From the NCBI GenBank assembly GCA_015062535.1, contig SUUK01000002.1, positions 98,724 through 162,723 on the forward strand: a stretch of 64,000 bases of DNA. Direction: 5' to 3'. Positions 46,295 to 56,137 of this stretch are shown in pieces. The notes under the pieces are model-generated. The model saw only the letters and a program-made list of their open reading frames with translations, did no database searches and was not told the origin of the DNA. The position numbers and the translations under genes are program-made. Each line of letters starts with the position of its first letter. The stretch's first letter is position 1. This DNA is from Alphaproteobacteria bacterium. GTDB lineage: Bacteria; Pseudomonadota; Alphaproteobacteria; RF32; CAG-239.

Positions 46295-48355
46295 ATGGCA
46301 AATAATGAGTTGCAAATGCCGACGGCAAAAAAATACAAAATGCCGTTTAAAAGTATAACAAAAAGAGATGGGACGTTGGCTGATTTTGATGGTGACAAAA
46401 TTTATAATGCCATTTTAAGAGCTGGTGAAAATACTTTAGAGTTTGGTTCAGATGATGCATGGTTGCTCTGTGCTCAAGTAATGAAGATTTTATCTCATAA
46501 ATTTGATGAATCATTACCATCTGTTGAAGATATTCAAGATATTGTAGAAGAAGTTTTGATTTCTAATAACTATTTCAAAACAGCTAAAGCATATATTTTG
46601 TATCGTGATAAAAGAAATAGAATGAGAGGCGATGGCAAAACTGTTGTTGACGTTGAGAGTTCTATTAATGAATATCTTGAAAATCTTGACTGGAGAATTA
46701 AAGAAAACGCTAACCAAGGTTATTCTAATGGTGGTTTAATCTTAAACGTTTCTGGTAAAGTTACAGCTAACTATTGGCTTTCTCACGTATATCCTCATGA
46801 AGTAGGTGAAGCTCATAGAAATGGTGATATTCATATTCACGATTTGAGCATGCTTGCAGCTTATTGTGCTGGTTGGTCTTTGAAAAACTTGCTTAGAGAA
46901 GGTTTTAATGGCGTTCCAGGAAAGGTTGAAGCTGGTGCTCCTAAACACTTGAGTTCTGCTGTTGGTCAAATGGTTAACTTTATGGGTACTCTTCAAAACG
47001 AATGGGCTGGTGCTCAAGCATTTTCTTCTGTTGATACTTATCTTGCTCCATATGTTAGAAAAGATAAATTAACATACAATCAAGTTGAACAATGTATGCA
47101 AGAACTTATCTACAACTTGAATGTTCCTTCTCGTTGGGGTTCTCAAACACCATTTACAAACTTTACTTTTGACTGGGTTTGCCCAGAAGATTTGAGAGAT
47201 CAAAAACCATATATTGGTGGTGTTGAACAAGATTTCACATATGGTGATTTGGGTGAAGAAATGGCAATGATTAACAAAGCATACATCAATGTTATGATGC
47301 GTGGTGACGTTATGGGTAGACCATTTACATTCCCAATTCCTACATATAACATGACTTGGGATTTTCCTTGGGAAAATGAAAATACAGAATTGTTGTTTGA
47401 AATGACTGCAAAATATGGTTTGCCTTATTTCCAAAACTTCCTCAATTCTTCTTTGAAACCAGGTCATATTCGTTCTATGTGTTGCCGTTTGCAACTTGAC
47501 TTGAGAGAATTGCTTGCTCGTGGTAATGGCTTGTTCGGTAGTGCTGAGCAAACAGGTAGTGTTGGTGTGGTAACAATTAACTGCGCAAGACTTGGTTATA
47601 TTTATAAAGGTAATGAACAAGCATTGTTCCAACGCACAGAAGAATTAATGAATATCGCAAGAACATCTCTTGAGATTAAGAGAAAAGTTATTCAACGTTT
47701 AATCGATAATGGTTTGTTCCCATTCACAAAGAGATATTTGGGAACTTTGAGAAATCACTTCTCTACTATCGGTGTTAACGGTATGAATGAAATGATTAGA
47801 AACTTTACTGATGGTAAGCATGATATCACAGATGCTTTCGGACAAGAATTTGCTGAAAAGTATTTAGATTTTGTTCGTGAAAAATTAGTAAAGATTCAAG
47901 AAGAAACAGGTCATATGTATAATTTGGAAGCAACACCTGCTGAAGGTGCAGCAACTAGATTTGCAAGAGAAGATAAAAAGCGTTTTGTTGGTATTATCCA
48001 AGCAGGTACTCCTGATGCGCCATTCTATACAAACTCTTCTCAATTGCCTGTAGGATATACAGATGATCCATTTGAGGCTCTAGATTTGCAAGCTAAATTG
48101 CAATCTAAATATACAGGTGGAACAGTGCTTCACTTGTTTATGAACCAAAGAATTTCATCTGCAAAAGTTTGTCGTGATTTTGTGAAGAAAGTTTTAGCAA
48201 ACTACAGACTTCCATATATTACGATTACACCAACATTCTCTGTGTGTCCAAAACATGGATATATTGCTGGTGAGCACGAATTCTGTCCAATTTGCGATAA
48301 AGAAAAGAAGGCAGAGAAACTAAAAAAGCTTGCAAATATGCAAAAAGTAGTGTAG
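46295..48355 (+). CDS. nrdD: anaerobic ribonucleoside-triphosphate reductase (class III RNR), lacking the C-terminal glycyl-radical domain
   Basis: 686 aa; N-terminal ATP-cone, conserved core (GSVGVVTINCARLGY), Zn ribbon CPKHGYIAGEHEFCPIC, then stops at TAG 48353-48355 before the glycyl radical motif. Confidence 0.9.
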   Translation: MANNELQMPTAKKYKMPFKSITKRDGTLADFDGDKIYNAILRAGENTLEFGSDDAWLLCAQVMKILSHKFDESLPSVEDIQDIVEEVLISNNYFKTAKAYILYRDKRNRMRGDGKTVVDVESSINEYLENLDWRIKENANQGYSNGGLILNVSGKVTANYWLSHVYPHEVGEAHRNGDIHIHDLSMLAAYCAGWSLKNLLREGFNGVPGKVEAGAPKHLSSAVGQMVNFMGTLQNEWAGAQAFSSVDTYLAPYVRKDKLTYNQVEQCMQELIYNLNVPSRWGSQTPFTNFTFDWVCPEDLRDQKPYIGGVEQDFTYGDLGEEMAMINKAYINVMMRGDVMGRPFTFPIPTYNMTWDFPWENENTELLFEMTAKYGLPYFQNFLNSSLKPGHIRSMCCRLQLDLRELLARGNGLFGSAEQTGSVGVVTINCARLGYIYKGNEQALFQRTEELMNIARTSLEIKRKVIQRLIDNGLFPFTKRYLGTLRNHFSTIGVNGMNEMIRNFTDGKHDITDAFGQEFAEKYLDFVREKLVKIQEETGHMYNLEATPAEGAATRFAREDKKRFVGIIQAGTPDAPFYTNSSQLPVGYTDDPFEALDLQAKLQSKYTGGTVLHLFMNQRISSAKVCRDFVKKVLANYRLPYITITPTFSVCPKHGYIAGEHEFCPICDKEKKAEKLKKLANMQKVV

Positions 48356-48382
48356 AATATTAAGTTAGTGAAAGGGAGAAAC

Positions 48383-48610
48383 ATGAGTAATATTATTAAC
48401 ATAGAAGACGTAATCTTGGACAATTCTGAAAGACAACGTTGCGAGATTTATAGCAGAGTTATGGGCTATATTCGTCCTACTACTGAATACAACGTTGGTA
48501 AATTAGGTGAGTTCAAATCTAGATTATGTTTTTGCGAAGACAAAGCCGTTGAAGGTTGTGAAGTTCGTGAATGCGTTTGCAACGAAACATTGGCTATGGC
48601 TGCAGAATAA
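48383..48610 (+). CDS. NrdD glycyl-radical domain encoded as separate small ORF (in frame with nrdD, after one TAG)
   Basis: ATG 48383 with AAAGGGAG RBS; CEIYSRVMGYIRPTTEYNVGKLGEFKSR = class III RNR glycyl radical signature (RVxGY...N.GK..E...R); same frame as nrdD (48368-46295 divisible by 3). Confidence 0.6.
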   Translation: MSNIINIEDVILDNSERQRCEIYSRVMGYIRPTTEYNVGKLGEFKSRLCFCEDKAVEGCEVRECVCNETLAMAAE

Positions 48611-48651
48611 TAGTAGCGAAGCTTTAGTTTTAAGCTTTAGGTGAGTGGATT

Positions 48652-49353
48652 ATGAATCCTATTAGAATCGGCGGTATTGAGAAATTCAGTATCGTCGATT
48701 TTCCAAATAAAATGGCTGCTGTTGTCTTTATGCAGGGATGTCCATGGTGTTGTCCGTTTTGCCACAATGTGCAATTGCAAGATGTAAGTGGTGAAACTAA
48801 TATTGTTTGGCAAAAATTTATTGATTTTTTAGGAACCAGAAAAGGTGTGCTTGATGCTGTGGTTTTTTCTGGTGGTGAACCTTTGGTGCAAAAAGGTTTA
48901 ATTGATGCTATTAAAGAAGTAAAAGCTTTGGGCTATGAAATAGGACTTCATACAGGTGGGTATAGACCTGAATTTTTTAGAGAAGTAGTTGAGCTTGTAG
49001 ATTGGGTTGGATTTGATATCAAAGCACCTCTAGAAGAAAATAGATATAAGGTTGTTACTGGTGGCATTGCTGATGTAGAAAAAGTAAAAGAAAGCCTTAA
49101 TATTTTAATAGAATCCGGAAAAAGTTTTGAATGCAGGACAACTTGTGACCCGAGATTTTTAAGTATTGATGATTTGTATGAAATTGCGGATACATTAAAG
49201 GGACTTGGTGTTAAAGAATATTATTTGCAAAAATATCGAAAAGTAGAAAGTGATATTGATGCAAGTGAAATAAAAAGCTTAGCTTTGGTTGAAAATGAAC
49301 AATTGAATGAGTATTTGAAAAATTGTTTTGATGTATTTGATGTAAGAAAATAA
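48652..49353 (+). CDS. nrdG: anaerobic ribonucleotide reductase activating protein (radical SAM)
   Basis: 233 aa; FMQGCPWCCPFCHN radical-SAM cluster-binding motif; operonic with nrdD; terminator cacccact/agtgggtg at about 49399..49427. Confidence 0.88.
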   Translation: MNPIRIGGIEKFSIVDFPNKMAAVVFMQGCPWCCPFCHNVQLQDVSGETNIVWQKFIDFLGTRKGVLDAVVFSGGEPLVQKGLIDAIKEVKALGYEIGLHTGGYRPEFFREVVELVDWVGFDIKAPLEENRYKVVTGGIADVEKVKESLNILIESGKSFECRTTCDPRFLSIDDLYEIADTLKGLGVKEYYLQKYRKVESDIDASEIKSLALVENEQLNEYLKNCFDVFDVRK

Positions 49354-49512
49354 GTCTAGCTTGTTTTTAGGTGCAAAAAAATTTTTGTTGATAAAGAAAA
49401 CACCCACTTAAGAGTGGGTGTTTTTTGTAAAATTTTATTTATTTTGCAAACTTGACAATGACAAGAAAGAGGGGTAGAGTTTTTTTGTTTTGATAAAAGG
49501 GGAATAAATTAG

Positions 49513-50574
49513 ATGAAAAATGTGATTTTGACAGGTGATAGACCAACAGGTAAACTACATCTTGGACATTATGTTGGCTCTCTTAAAAGAAGAGTTATTT
49601 TGCAAAATAGTGGTGAGTTTGATGATATATATATCATGGTGGCAGATGCTCAAGCTTTAACTGATAATGCAGATGATGTTAATAAAGTTAGAAATAATAT
49701 ATCTGAAGTAGCTCTTGATTATTTGGCTTGTGGTTTGGACCCTAAAAAATCTGTTATTTTTATACAGTCACAAATTCCAGAACTTTGTGAACTTTCTTTT
49801 TATTATATGAATTTGGTTACTGTTTCTAGATTACAAAGAAATCCAACAGTTAAGAATGAAATTCAATTAAGAGGATTTAAACAAAGTATCCCAACGGGAT
49901 TTTTTACATACCCAATTAGTCAGGCGGCAGATATTACTGCATTTAAGGCAAATGTGGTGCCAGTTGGTGAAGACCAATTGCCAATGATTGAGCAAACAAG
50001 AGAAATTGTACGTTCTTTTAATACAATATATAAAGAAGTATTAGTTGAACCTGAAGCTGTGCTTCCTGAAAATGAGTTATGCGCAAGGCTTCCAGGTCTT
50101 GATGGGGCGGCAAAAATGAGCAAATCTCTTGGTAACTGCATTTATTTATCTGATAGTGAAAAAGATATTAAGAAAAAAGTTCAAAGTATGTTTACTGACC
50201 CACTTCATTTAAGAGTTGAAGACCCTGGACATTTAGAGGGTAATGCTGTGTTTACATATTTAGATGCTTTTTCTCAAGATAAGCATTTTGAAGAATTTTT
50301 ACCAGCATATAAAAATCTTGATGAATTAAAAGCGCATTATTGTCGTGGTGGTCTTGGTGATGGTACTGTTAAGAAGTTTTTGAACGAGATTATGCAAGCT
50401 GAACTTCGTCCAATTAGAGAAAAAAGAGAAGAATTTCAAAAAGATTTGGGTGAAGTGTTTAATATGCTTCAAAAAGGTAGTGAAAAAGCAAGAGAAGTTG
50501 CAGCACAAACTCTTGATGAAGTTAAAACAGCTATGGGTATTAATTACTTTAAGGACAATAAGCTTACAAAATAG
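49513..50574 (+). CDS. trpS: tryptophan--tRNA ligase
   Basis: [20 protein letters not shown] (HIGH) and KMSKS (KMSKSLGN) class I motifs; 353 aa. Confidence 0.95.
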   Translation: MKNVILTGDRPTGKLHLGHYVGSLKRRVILQNSGEFDDIYIMVADAQALTDNADDVNKVRNNISEVALDYLACGLDPKKSVIFIQSQIPELCELSFYYMNLVTVSRLQRNPTVKNEIQLRGFKQSIPTGFFTYPISQAADITAFKANVVPVGEDQLPMIEQTREIVRSFNTIYKEVLVEPEAVLPENELCARLPGLDGAAKMSKSLGNCIYLSDSEKDIKKKVQSMFTDPLHLRVEDPGHLEGNAVFTYLDAFSQDKHFEEFLPAYKNLDELKAHYCRGGLGDGTVKKFLNEIMQAELRPIREKREEFQKDLGEVFNMLQKGSEKAREVAAQTLDEVKTAMGINYFKDNKLTK

Positions 50575-50591
50575 TTTTGAGGAGATTAGTT

Positions 50592-50936
50592 ATGGCGGAT
50601 AATATGGATGGTGAGATTAGTTTTTCTCCGGTTTTGATTATGGAATTTATTCGCCAAACTACGGTTGCTAGATTTTTAAATAGCGAAACTCTTGATATTT
50701 GCGTTAAGTTTAAGATTGCAAAAAAATATTATGATGAGATGAAGGCTTATCATCAACAAGTGCAATTTATTAGACTCTATGATGAATATGACGAAAATAG
50801 CGAGATATTGAGTGTGAAAACTGATGAAGTTTTGCTTAATCGTTTTAGAGAGCAAAAGTCTTTGGTCGAAATTGCTAACAAGTATGAAAATATGTATAAA
50901 GACCGTTATAAAAAATATATAGAAGTGGTGGAATAA
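50592..50936 (+). CDS. hypothetical protein
   Basis: about 114 aa from ATG 50592 (MADNMDGE...); no recognisable motif. Confidence 0.4.
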   Translation: MADNMDGEISFSPVLIMEFIRQTTVARFLNSETLDICVKFKIAKKYYDEMKAYHQQVQFIRLYDEYDENSEILSVKTDEVLLNRFREQKSLVEIANKYENMYKDRYKKYIEVVE

Positions 50937-51787
50937 TGATAGAAAAATTTGAGTTTTTAGGAGAAGATGAAGGAGTTAGCCTTCTTGTATTTGGCTCTGT
51001 ACATGGTAATGAAGTTGCAGGTAAATTTGCCTTAGAACAATTGATAAGTGAAATTAATGACGGAAAAATTGTTATAAAAAAGGGAAAGCTTGTAGTTGTT
51101 CCTGTTTGTAATAAAGAAGCTAGCATAAAAGATGTTCGCCAAATTGATGAAAACTTAAATAGAGTTATGAAAGAATGGGAGAATCCTAATACATATGAAA
51201 AGAAACTTGCAAATGAGCTTGTGGGATTGATTAAAGATTGTGATGTTTTGCTTGATTTGCATTCTACACATTGTAAGGGAGATGAGCCTTTTGTTTTTTG
51301 TGATTATCCAAAAGAAAATAACTTAAAACTTATTGACGTTATTGATGTTAAGTATGTGCTAGAGGGGTGGCCTGATATTTATGCAGGACAATCTGAAATT
51401 GAAGATTTTTCAACTGAAAGAGCTTGTTTTGAGTATGGAAAAAGTGGCACAACTTTGGAATGCGGTTACCATAAAGAGGTTGGAGCTCAAAATGTTGCAT
51501 ATGATGCAGTGGTTAATGCACTAAAAGTTTTTGGTTTAATTGATGGTCAAAAGCCTCAAAGCATATCTAAAACACATATTTTGATGAAGAATTTTGTGAT
51601 TAAAAAGAAAGAAGGCAAATTATTAAAAGAATACAAGCACCTTGATAGAGTTTATAAAGATGAAGTAATTGCAAGATATGATGATGGACAAATCTTGGTT
51701 GCAGAAAATGATGGATATATTCTGCTACCCAATCTTAAATGTGAGATTGGGGCAGAATGGTATTACTTTGGTGTGAAAAAACTATAA
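50936..51787 (+). CDS. succinylglutamate desuccinylase/aspartoacylase (AstE/AspA) family zinc hydrolase
   Basis: LLVFGSVHGNEVAG (HxxE zinc site) and LLDLHSTH second His block. Confidence 0.7.
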   Translation: MIEKFEFLGEDEGVSLLVFGSVHGNEVAGKFALEQLISEINDGKIVIKKGKLVVVPVCNKEASIKDVRQIDENLNRVMKEWENPNTYEKKLANELVGLIKDCDVLLDLHSTHCKGDEPFVFCDYPKENNLKLIDVIDVKYVLEGWPDIYAGQSEIEDFSTERACFEYGKSGTTLECGYHKEVGAQNVAYDAVVNALKVFGLIDGQKPQSISKTHILMKNFVIKKKEGKLLKEYKHLDRVYKDEVIARYDDGQILVAENDGYILLPNLKCEIGAEWYYFGVKKL

Positions 51788-52573
51788 AGTACCGGTTTTA
51801 GATAATCTTTCTAATTTTTTATATTCAAGAGGATTAAAGAGCATTGATTTTGTTTTTTCATTTGGTTCTTTTTGCCAGATGAGAGATTTTGTTTCTTTGT
51901 TTAAGCTAATACCCTTATAGCCGGTTTTTATGAGATGTTGCATTTTCATAAATAAACTTGGAATTTTTTTATGAATATTATCGCCTAGAAGCATGCTATA
52001 TGTTGTAGAGTTTTCTTGAATAAACTTAGTGTATGGTGTTTGTTTTTTATTTATTTCTTTTTCTAGGTAGATAACTTTTACACCATCTGTTGGATCTTGG
52101 TCAACTTTAGTTATTTGCATACCATGATGAAGAGCATTTATCCAACTTGCAGGGTTGTCTATAGCAATTTGGATTATAGAATGAGTTCTTTTGCTATCTA
52201 TCTCATTTTTTTCGATATATTCTAGCATTTTTTTCATAAGGCTAGAGCCTCTATATTCTGGGTCAACAAGGATTGCCTCAAAAATAACGAGTTCTTCATT
52301 TGGGGTGCTTGATTTAAATTCTGGCATATCTCTTTGTTCATTATTTTCTGGTAAACAATAAACGATTTGAGCAATTAATAAATCTTCATCAAAAACACCT
52401 AACATGTGTGATGTTTTACCATTTAGTGATTTCATATAATCACGTTCGGTTCTGTGCAATATAAAATGTTGTTCATCTGGGTTTAGGCCTGCAATAATTC
52501 TATCTTGCAAGCTCATAACATCTTTTAAATTACTTCCATTAAGTTTTTTTACTGTTAAATGTTTTTTATTCAT
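51782..52573 (-). CDS. hypothetical protein with GNAT acetyltransferase-like N-terminal domain
   Basis: 263 aa; FEAILVDPEYRGSSLMKKMLEYI resembles GNAT motif A. Confidence 0.45.
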   Translation of the reverse strand: MNKKHLTVKKLNGSNLKDVMSLQDRIIAGLNPDEQHFILHRTERDYMKSLNGKTSHMLGVFDEDLLIAQIVYCLPENNEQRDMPEFKSSTPNEELVIFEAILVDPEYRGSSLMKKMLEYIEKNEIDSKRTHSIIQIAIDNPASWINALHHGMQITKVDQDPTDGVKVIYLEKEINKKQTPYTKFIQENSTTYSMLLGDNIHKKIPSLFMKMQHLIKTGYKGISLNKETKSLIWQKEPNEKTKSMLFNPLEYKKLERLSKTGTL

Positions 52574-52843
52574 ATTTCTCTCTTTTAAGTTATTTTAGGT
52601 TATAAAAAAAGATTTGAGTTGAGCTCAAACCTTGCGACTGCTTATCAATAGGGTAGATGATAAGTCATCGTCGCATGTAAAGTCTTCTTAAGCGAAGAGA
52701 AATATGTTTAATAAATATTGTCATAGTATCTCTAAATTTGTTAACTGGACGTATTTGTAGCTTATTTAAGGTTTTTTGTCAATAATTTTTTTGGAATATA
52801 TTTAAAAAAGTAAAAGGTAGCTATAAAATAGCTACCTTTTGTG

Positions 52844-53974
52844 TTAGACATTAAGGTTTCGGATTTCTTCCTTGATGTTTTTGCGGGCTTGTTTTTCAAA
52901 CAGATCATAGAAGAAGTCTGTTTGGAAAATTCTATCTCGCTTTAAAATCTTTTGGAAGAACTCAAGACGACCTTTCGCAAATTCGCTGTCTGAAAGGTGA
53001 GAATACTCACGCCTGATGTTTTGGCAGTAAGTGTTCCATGTTTTAGGGTTAAATGTTCCCAAAATGCTTAAGTCCAAATCTGCGATAAGGGCTTTGTCGT
53101 CAGTTAGGTCATCATTGTTGTGAGTTGTTGCCATAATTAACTCTTCTAGGTATTGGCTAGATTTATAATAGCGTTTACCTATCCAGCTAATTACGGACTT
53201 AATCGACCGGGCTTCGTTGTCATTTCGGGTTACATTATACACATAGTCATGTCCGAAGATGGATATCTCAAACTCTGCTGAAGATGAGGTTTTTGTCTGT
53301 GTTTGGTATATATCAAGCATGTTGAACATATAACCAAGGTGTGACATGTTGTGGTATGGTCTGATTTTGTAAGCTTGTGTCAGTTCTCTCCAATTCATGT
53401 AGGCGGTGCTTTGGCTACTATCGAAGAATAGTTTGGTAAAGCGAGGTTCAAGAAAAATGCACATGAGCTCGTTGTGAACATTTTCTGGAACAAGGCTTGC
53501 TGCTGCAATATATTCACCAAGGTAGCAAAGGTCTTTTACGAGTGTAGAGGAAATTGACGCAAGATTGTCATCAGTGATTGTAATGAATATGGTTTCAAGA
53601 TTGAAACCTCTTATGCTAGCAAGATTTTGGTTGGTTTTTGCCATAATCTTTTCTTGCTTTAAGTCATTACTGTTTTGACGGATGCCACGGATGAGTGTTG
53701 TTACGTTGTGTTTTTTCGCAAAATCAACAGTAAGCCCTTTGTTGATGGCTACTTCGATTTTGTGCTTCAACGGATGGTTTTTGAACGCATCTTCAATCAT
53801 TTCCTTTCTTGTTTCGGCAGAAAAAAGAGATTTTTTCTGATTGTTTTGGCTAACGCATATGATAAGTTTATCTAGCGTTACATCATCTCCATATTTATGG
53901 GAGAGAGCTTGATTAATGACACTGATGTGCCCTAACGTAATCGGATCAAATGATCCGCAGAACATTGCATTCAT
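52844..53974 (-). CDS. coaD: phosphopantetheine adenylyltransferase fused to a C-terminal HD-domain-like phosphohydrolase region
   Basis: N-terminal 175 aa align with CoaD (CGSFDPITLGHISVI; TTLIRGIRQNSNDLKQE; LVPENVHNELM vs E. coli FLPENVHQALM); extra about 200 aa with YHNMSH...FGHDYVY...D motifs; terminator ggtagctat/atagctacc at about 52816..52841. Confidence 0.72.
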   Translation of the reverse strand: MNAMFCGSFDPITLGHISVINQALSHKYGDDVTLDKLIICVSQNNQKKSLFSAETRKEMIEDAFKNHPLKHKIEVAINKGLTVDFAKKHNVTTLIRGIRQNSNDLKQEKIMAKTNQNLASIRGFNLETIFITITDDNLASISSTLVKDLCYLGEYIAAASLVPENVHNELMCIFLEPRFTKLFFDSSQSTAYMNWRELTQAYKIRPYHNMSHLGYMFNMLDIYQTQTKTSSSAEFEISIFGHDYVYNVTRNDNEARSIKSVISWIGKRYYKSSQYLEELIMATTHNNDDLTDDKALIADLDLSILGTFNPKTWNTYCQNIRREYSHLSDSEFAKGRLEFFQKILKRDRIFQTDFFYDLFEKQARKNIKEEIRNLNV

Positions 53975-54125
53975 AATTAAACATAAATATTTTTGTTAAT
54001 AATAATTACTTAGTGATGTGGAATATAGGTAAAAAGATGTTTTTTGTCAAGAAATAAATAAAAGAGGCAAAGTTTGCTTTACCTCTTTTGGCTTATGCTA
54101 CATATCTTATTAGTATAAAGTCTTC

Positions 54126-54455
54126 TCAATTTGTTTGATCTATTTCTATTAAAAAGCCACCTGTTTGATTATTGGGGTATGAAGTGTTTTCATTTGGTGC
54201 TTGCTCAGGGAGTTTGTGCATTCCTCTATGAAATTTTTTATTATGGTGATTTTTTAATTGATGATGTTTGTTGTAAAAAGTATCTGAATATCTACATCTG
54301 CCACAATTTCCAACCATGATTCCTGCCATGAATGTTAAAATTAAAATAACTAAAATCATAAATATTTTTTTGCACTGGCAACACTCATAATCACAATGAA
54401 TATTGTCTTTATTGTTTTCGTTATAAACCATTTTTTTTCTCCAAAATATGTACAT
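54126..54455 (-). CDS. small single-pass membrane protein, Cys-cluster N-terminus and His-rich C-terminus
   Basis: HCDYECCQC cluster, one TM (IFMILVILILTFMAGIMV), HHNKKFHRGMHKLPEQ tail. Confidence 0.35.
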   Translation of the reverse strand: MYIFWRKKMVYNENNKDNIHCDYECCQCKKIFMILVILILTFMAGIMVGNCGRCRYSDTFYNKHHQLKNHHNKKFHRGMHKLPEQAPNENTSYPNNQTGGFLIEIDQTN

Positions 54456-54579
54456 TAATGAACACCTCCTTTATAAAAGGGTGAGTTTTATATAATCTCT
54501 TTGGTTTGTTTTCCAATAGAGGGAAAATTTTATTTGAAAAAATAAATATTATTTTTAGAATAAAAAAAGAGGTTGAAAA

Positions 54580-55263
54580 ATGCTAGGTAGAATTTTTGAT
54601 TTTTTGTTAGAATTGATTAAGTGGCCTATGGCTATTTTGGCTGTTGTGGCATTGCCTTCTTTAATTAATGCGTTTGATTATTTTAGTATGGCAAATATGA
54701 GATTTTTTGCATTTTTGGGTGGGGCATTTGTGTATTTGGCTCTAAAAATCGTAGCATCTGCTAGAACAAATGTCTCTATGCAAATTTTGGCTCATGAATT
54801 TACGCATATATTTTTTGCCTTGATTACATTTCATAAGGTTGTACATATCCATCTTAATATGGATGAAAGCGGTGGCGCAATGGGATTTAAAGGGAAAGGT
54901 AATTGGCTGATTGTGGTTTCGCCTTATTTCTTTCCGTTGTGTTTGTTCTTTTTGATATTGGGAGTTACGTTTTTTTCTGAAAGTATGCCTGAAGGGTATT
55001 GGCTTAATGGGATATTAGGGTACTTTTTTGCATATCACGTTGCTAGTATGGTTGTGCAGATACATGGTGACCAACCTGATTTTAAAGAAGCTGGATTTTT
55101 GTTTTGTTTGTTATTTTTGCCTGCTGCTAATATATTTTCTTGTTCAATGATTTTGGCTTTTAATAATGGTGGATTTTTACATATGCAAAAGTATGTAGAA
55201 ATTATTTATAAACTACTATTAAAAGATATTTCTTTTTGTTTTGATTATATTACCAACTTATAG
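54580..55263 (+). CDS. integral membrane protein with intramembrane HExxH (M50/site-2-protease-like)
   Basis: 227 aa, 5-6 TM; ILAHEFTHIFFAL motif within hydrophobic segment. Confidence 0.4.
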   Translation: MLGRIFDFLLELIKWPMAILAVVALPSLINAFDYFSMANMRFFAFLGGAFVYLALKIVASARTNVSMQILAHEFTHIFFALITFHKVVHIHLNMDESGGAMGFKGKGNWLIVVSPYFFPLCLFFLILGVTFFSESMPEGYWLNGILGYFFAYHVASMVVQIHGDQPDFKEAGFLFCLLFLPAANIFSCSMILAFNNGGFLHMQKYVEIIYKLLLKDISFCFDYITNL

Positions 55264-56137
55264 AACATTCTTTTGATGAAGATTTGATTGTTACATCAAC
55301 ACCTAATGGTAAGATGTGTCTTGATGGGATATGACCATGCTGAAAATCTGTAATCACTGGAATTGTGAGGTCTTTTACAAAGTCTTTTATACAATCTTCA
55401 ATAGTTCCATCTTCTTTGTCAATTATAATGCAATCAGTAAATTTGCCAAAAACAATTCCTTTTAGTTTATTAAAGTTTTTTTGTTGTTTTAGTTGGTTTA
55501 GCATTAAATCTACTTTGTAGGTTTTTTCGTCGGTATCTTCTAGCAAAAGGATTTTATCTTTTAGGTCTGGAAAATATGGAGTGCCACATAGATATAGAAG
55601 TGTGCTTAAACATCCTCCAATCATTGTACCAGAAGCTGTACCTTTGATGAATGATGTTCCCGATTTTATGAAATGTGTATCATCAAATAGCGCAGATTTA
55701 AGTGATTTTGATACAAGAGAATCTATTTTGTTATTTTTTAAATCATATAGTGGTAAAAAACCTGTAAGTGATGGGTTTTTTGTTTTAGCTATAAGAGCAT
55801 TCTGTAATGCAGTAGAATCGCTTAGGCCTATAATGGGTTTAGGGTTGTTTTTTATTTGTTTATAATCAAGAAAATCAAGAGTTCTTGTTGAGCCGGCGGC
55901 TCCTCTGATGCAAAATAGGGCTTTTATTTCTTTGGCTTTAAACATATCGTTGATTGAAGATGCTCTTTTTTGGTCAGTTCCTGCCATGTAGCGGTATTCT
56001 TCGTTTAGGTTTGGGGCTAAAACTACGTCTAAACCTAATTTTTTGAAATAATCTAGAGCAAAAGTTAGGTCTTTGTTTTGCTGGCTTGCTGATGGAGCTA
56101 TAAAGCCTACTTTGTCACCTTTTTTTAGTATTGCCAT
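55250..56137 (-). CDS. ldcA: LD-carboxypeptidase (peptidase S66)
   Basis: 295 aa; N-terminal KKGDKVGFIAPSA and overall S66 layout; adjacent to mpl. Confidence 0.8.
   Translation of the reverse strand: MAILKKGDKVGFIAPSASQQNKDLTFALDYFKKLGLDVVLAPNLNEEYRYMAGTDQKRASSINDMFKAKEIKALFCIRGAAGSTRTLDFLDYKQIKNNPKPIIGLSDSTALQNALIAKTKNPSLTGFLPLYDLKNNKIDSLVSKSLKSALFDDTHFIKSGTSFIKGTASGTMIGGCLSTLLYLCGTPYFPDLKDKILLLEDTDEKTYKVDLMLNQLKQQKNFNKLKGIVFGKFTDCIIIDKEDGTIEDCIKDFVKDLTIPVITDFQHGHIPSRHILPLGVDVTIKSSSKECSISW

Noticed and set aside
47069-47632. 187-aa ORF antisense to nrdD (also 46514..46717, 46742..47017)
   Set aside because: Embedded in conserved nrdD coding sequence on the opposite strand; no RBS; composition artefact.
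46353-48355. Possibility that TAG is a sense codon (recoding) explaining the nrdD interruption
   Set aside because: accA (2111-2113) and lepA (33483-33485) terminate with TAG at conserved C-termini, so TAG functions as a stop here.
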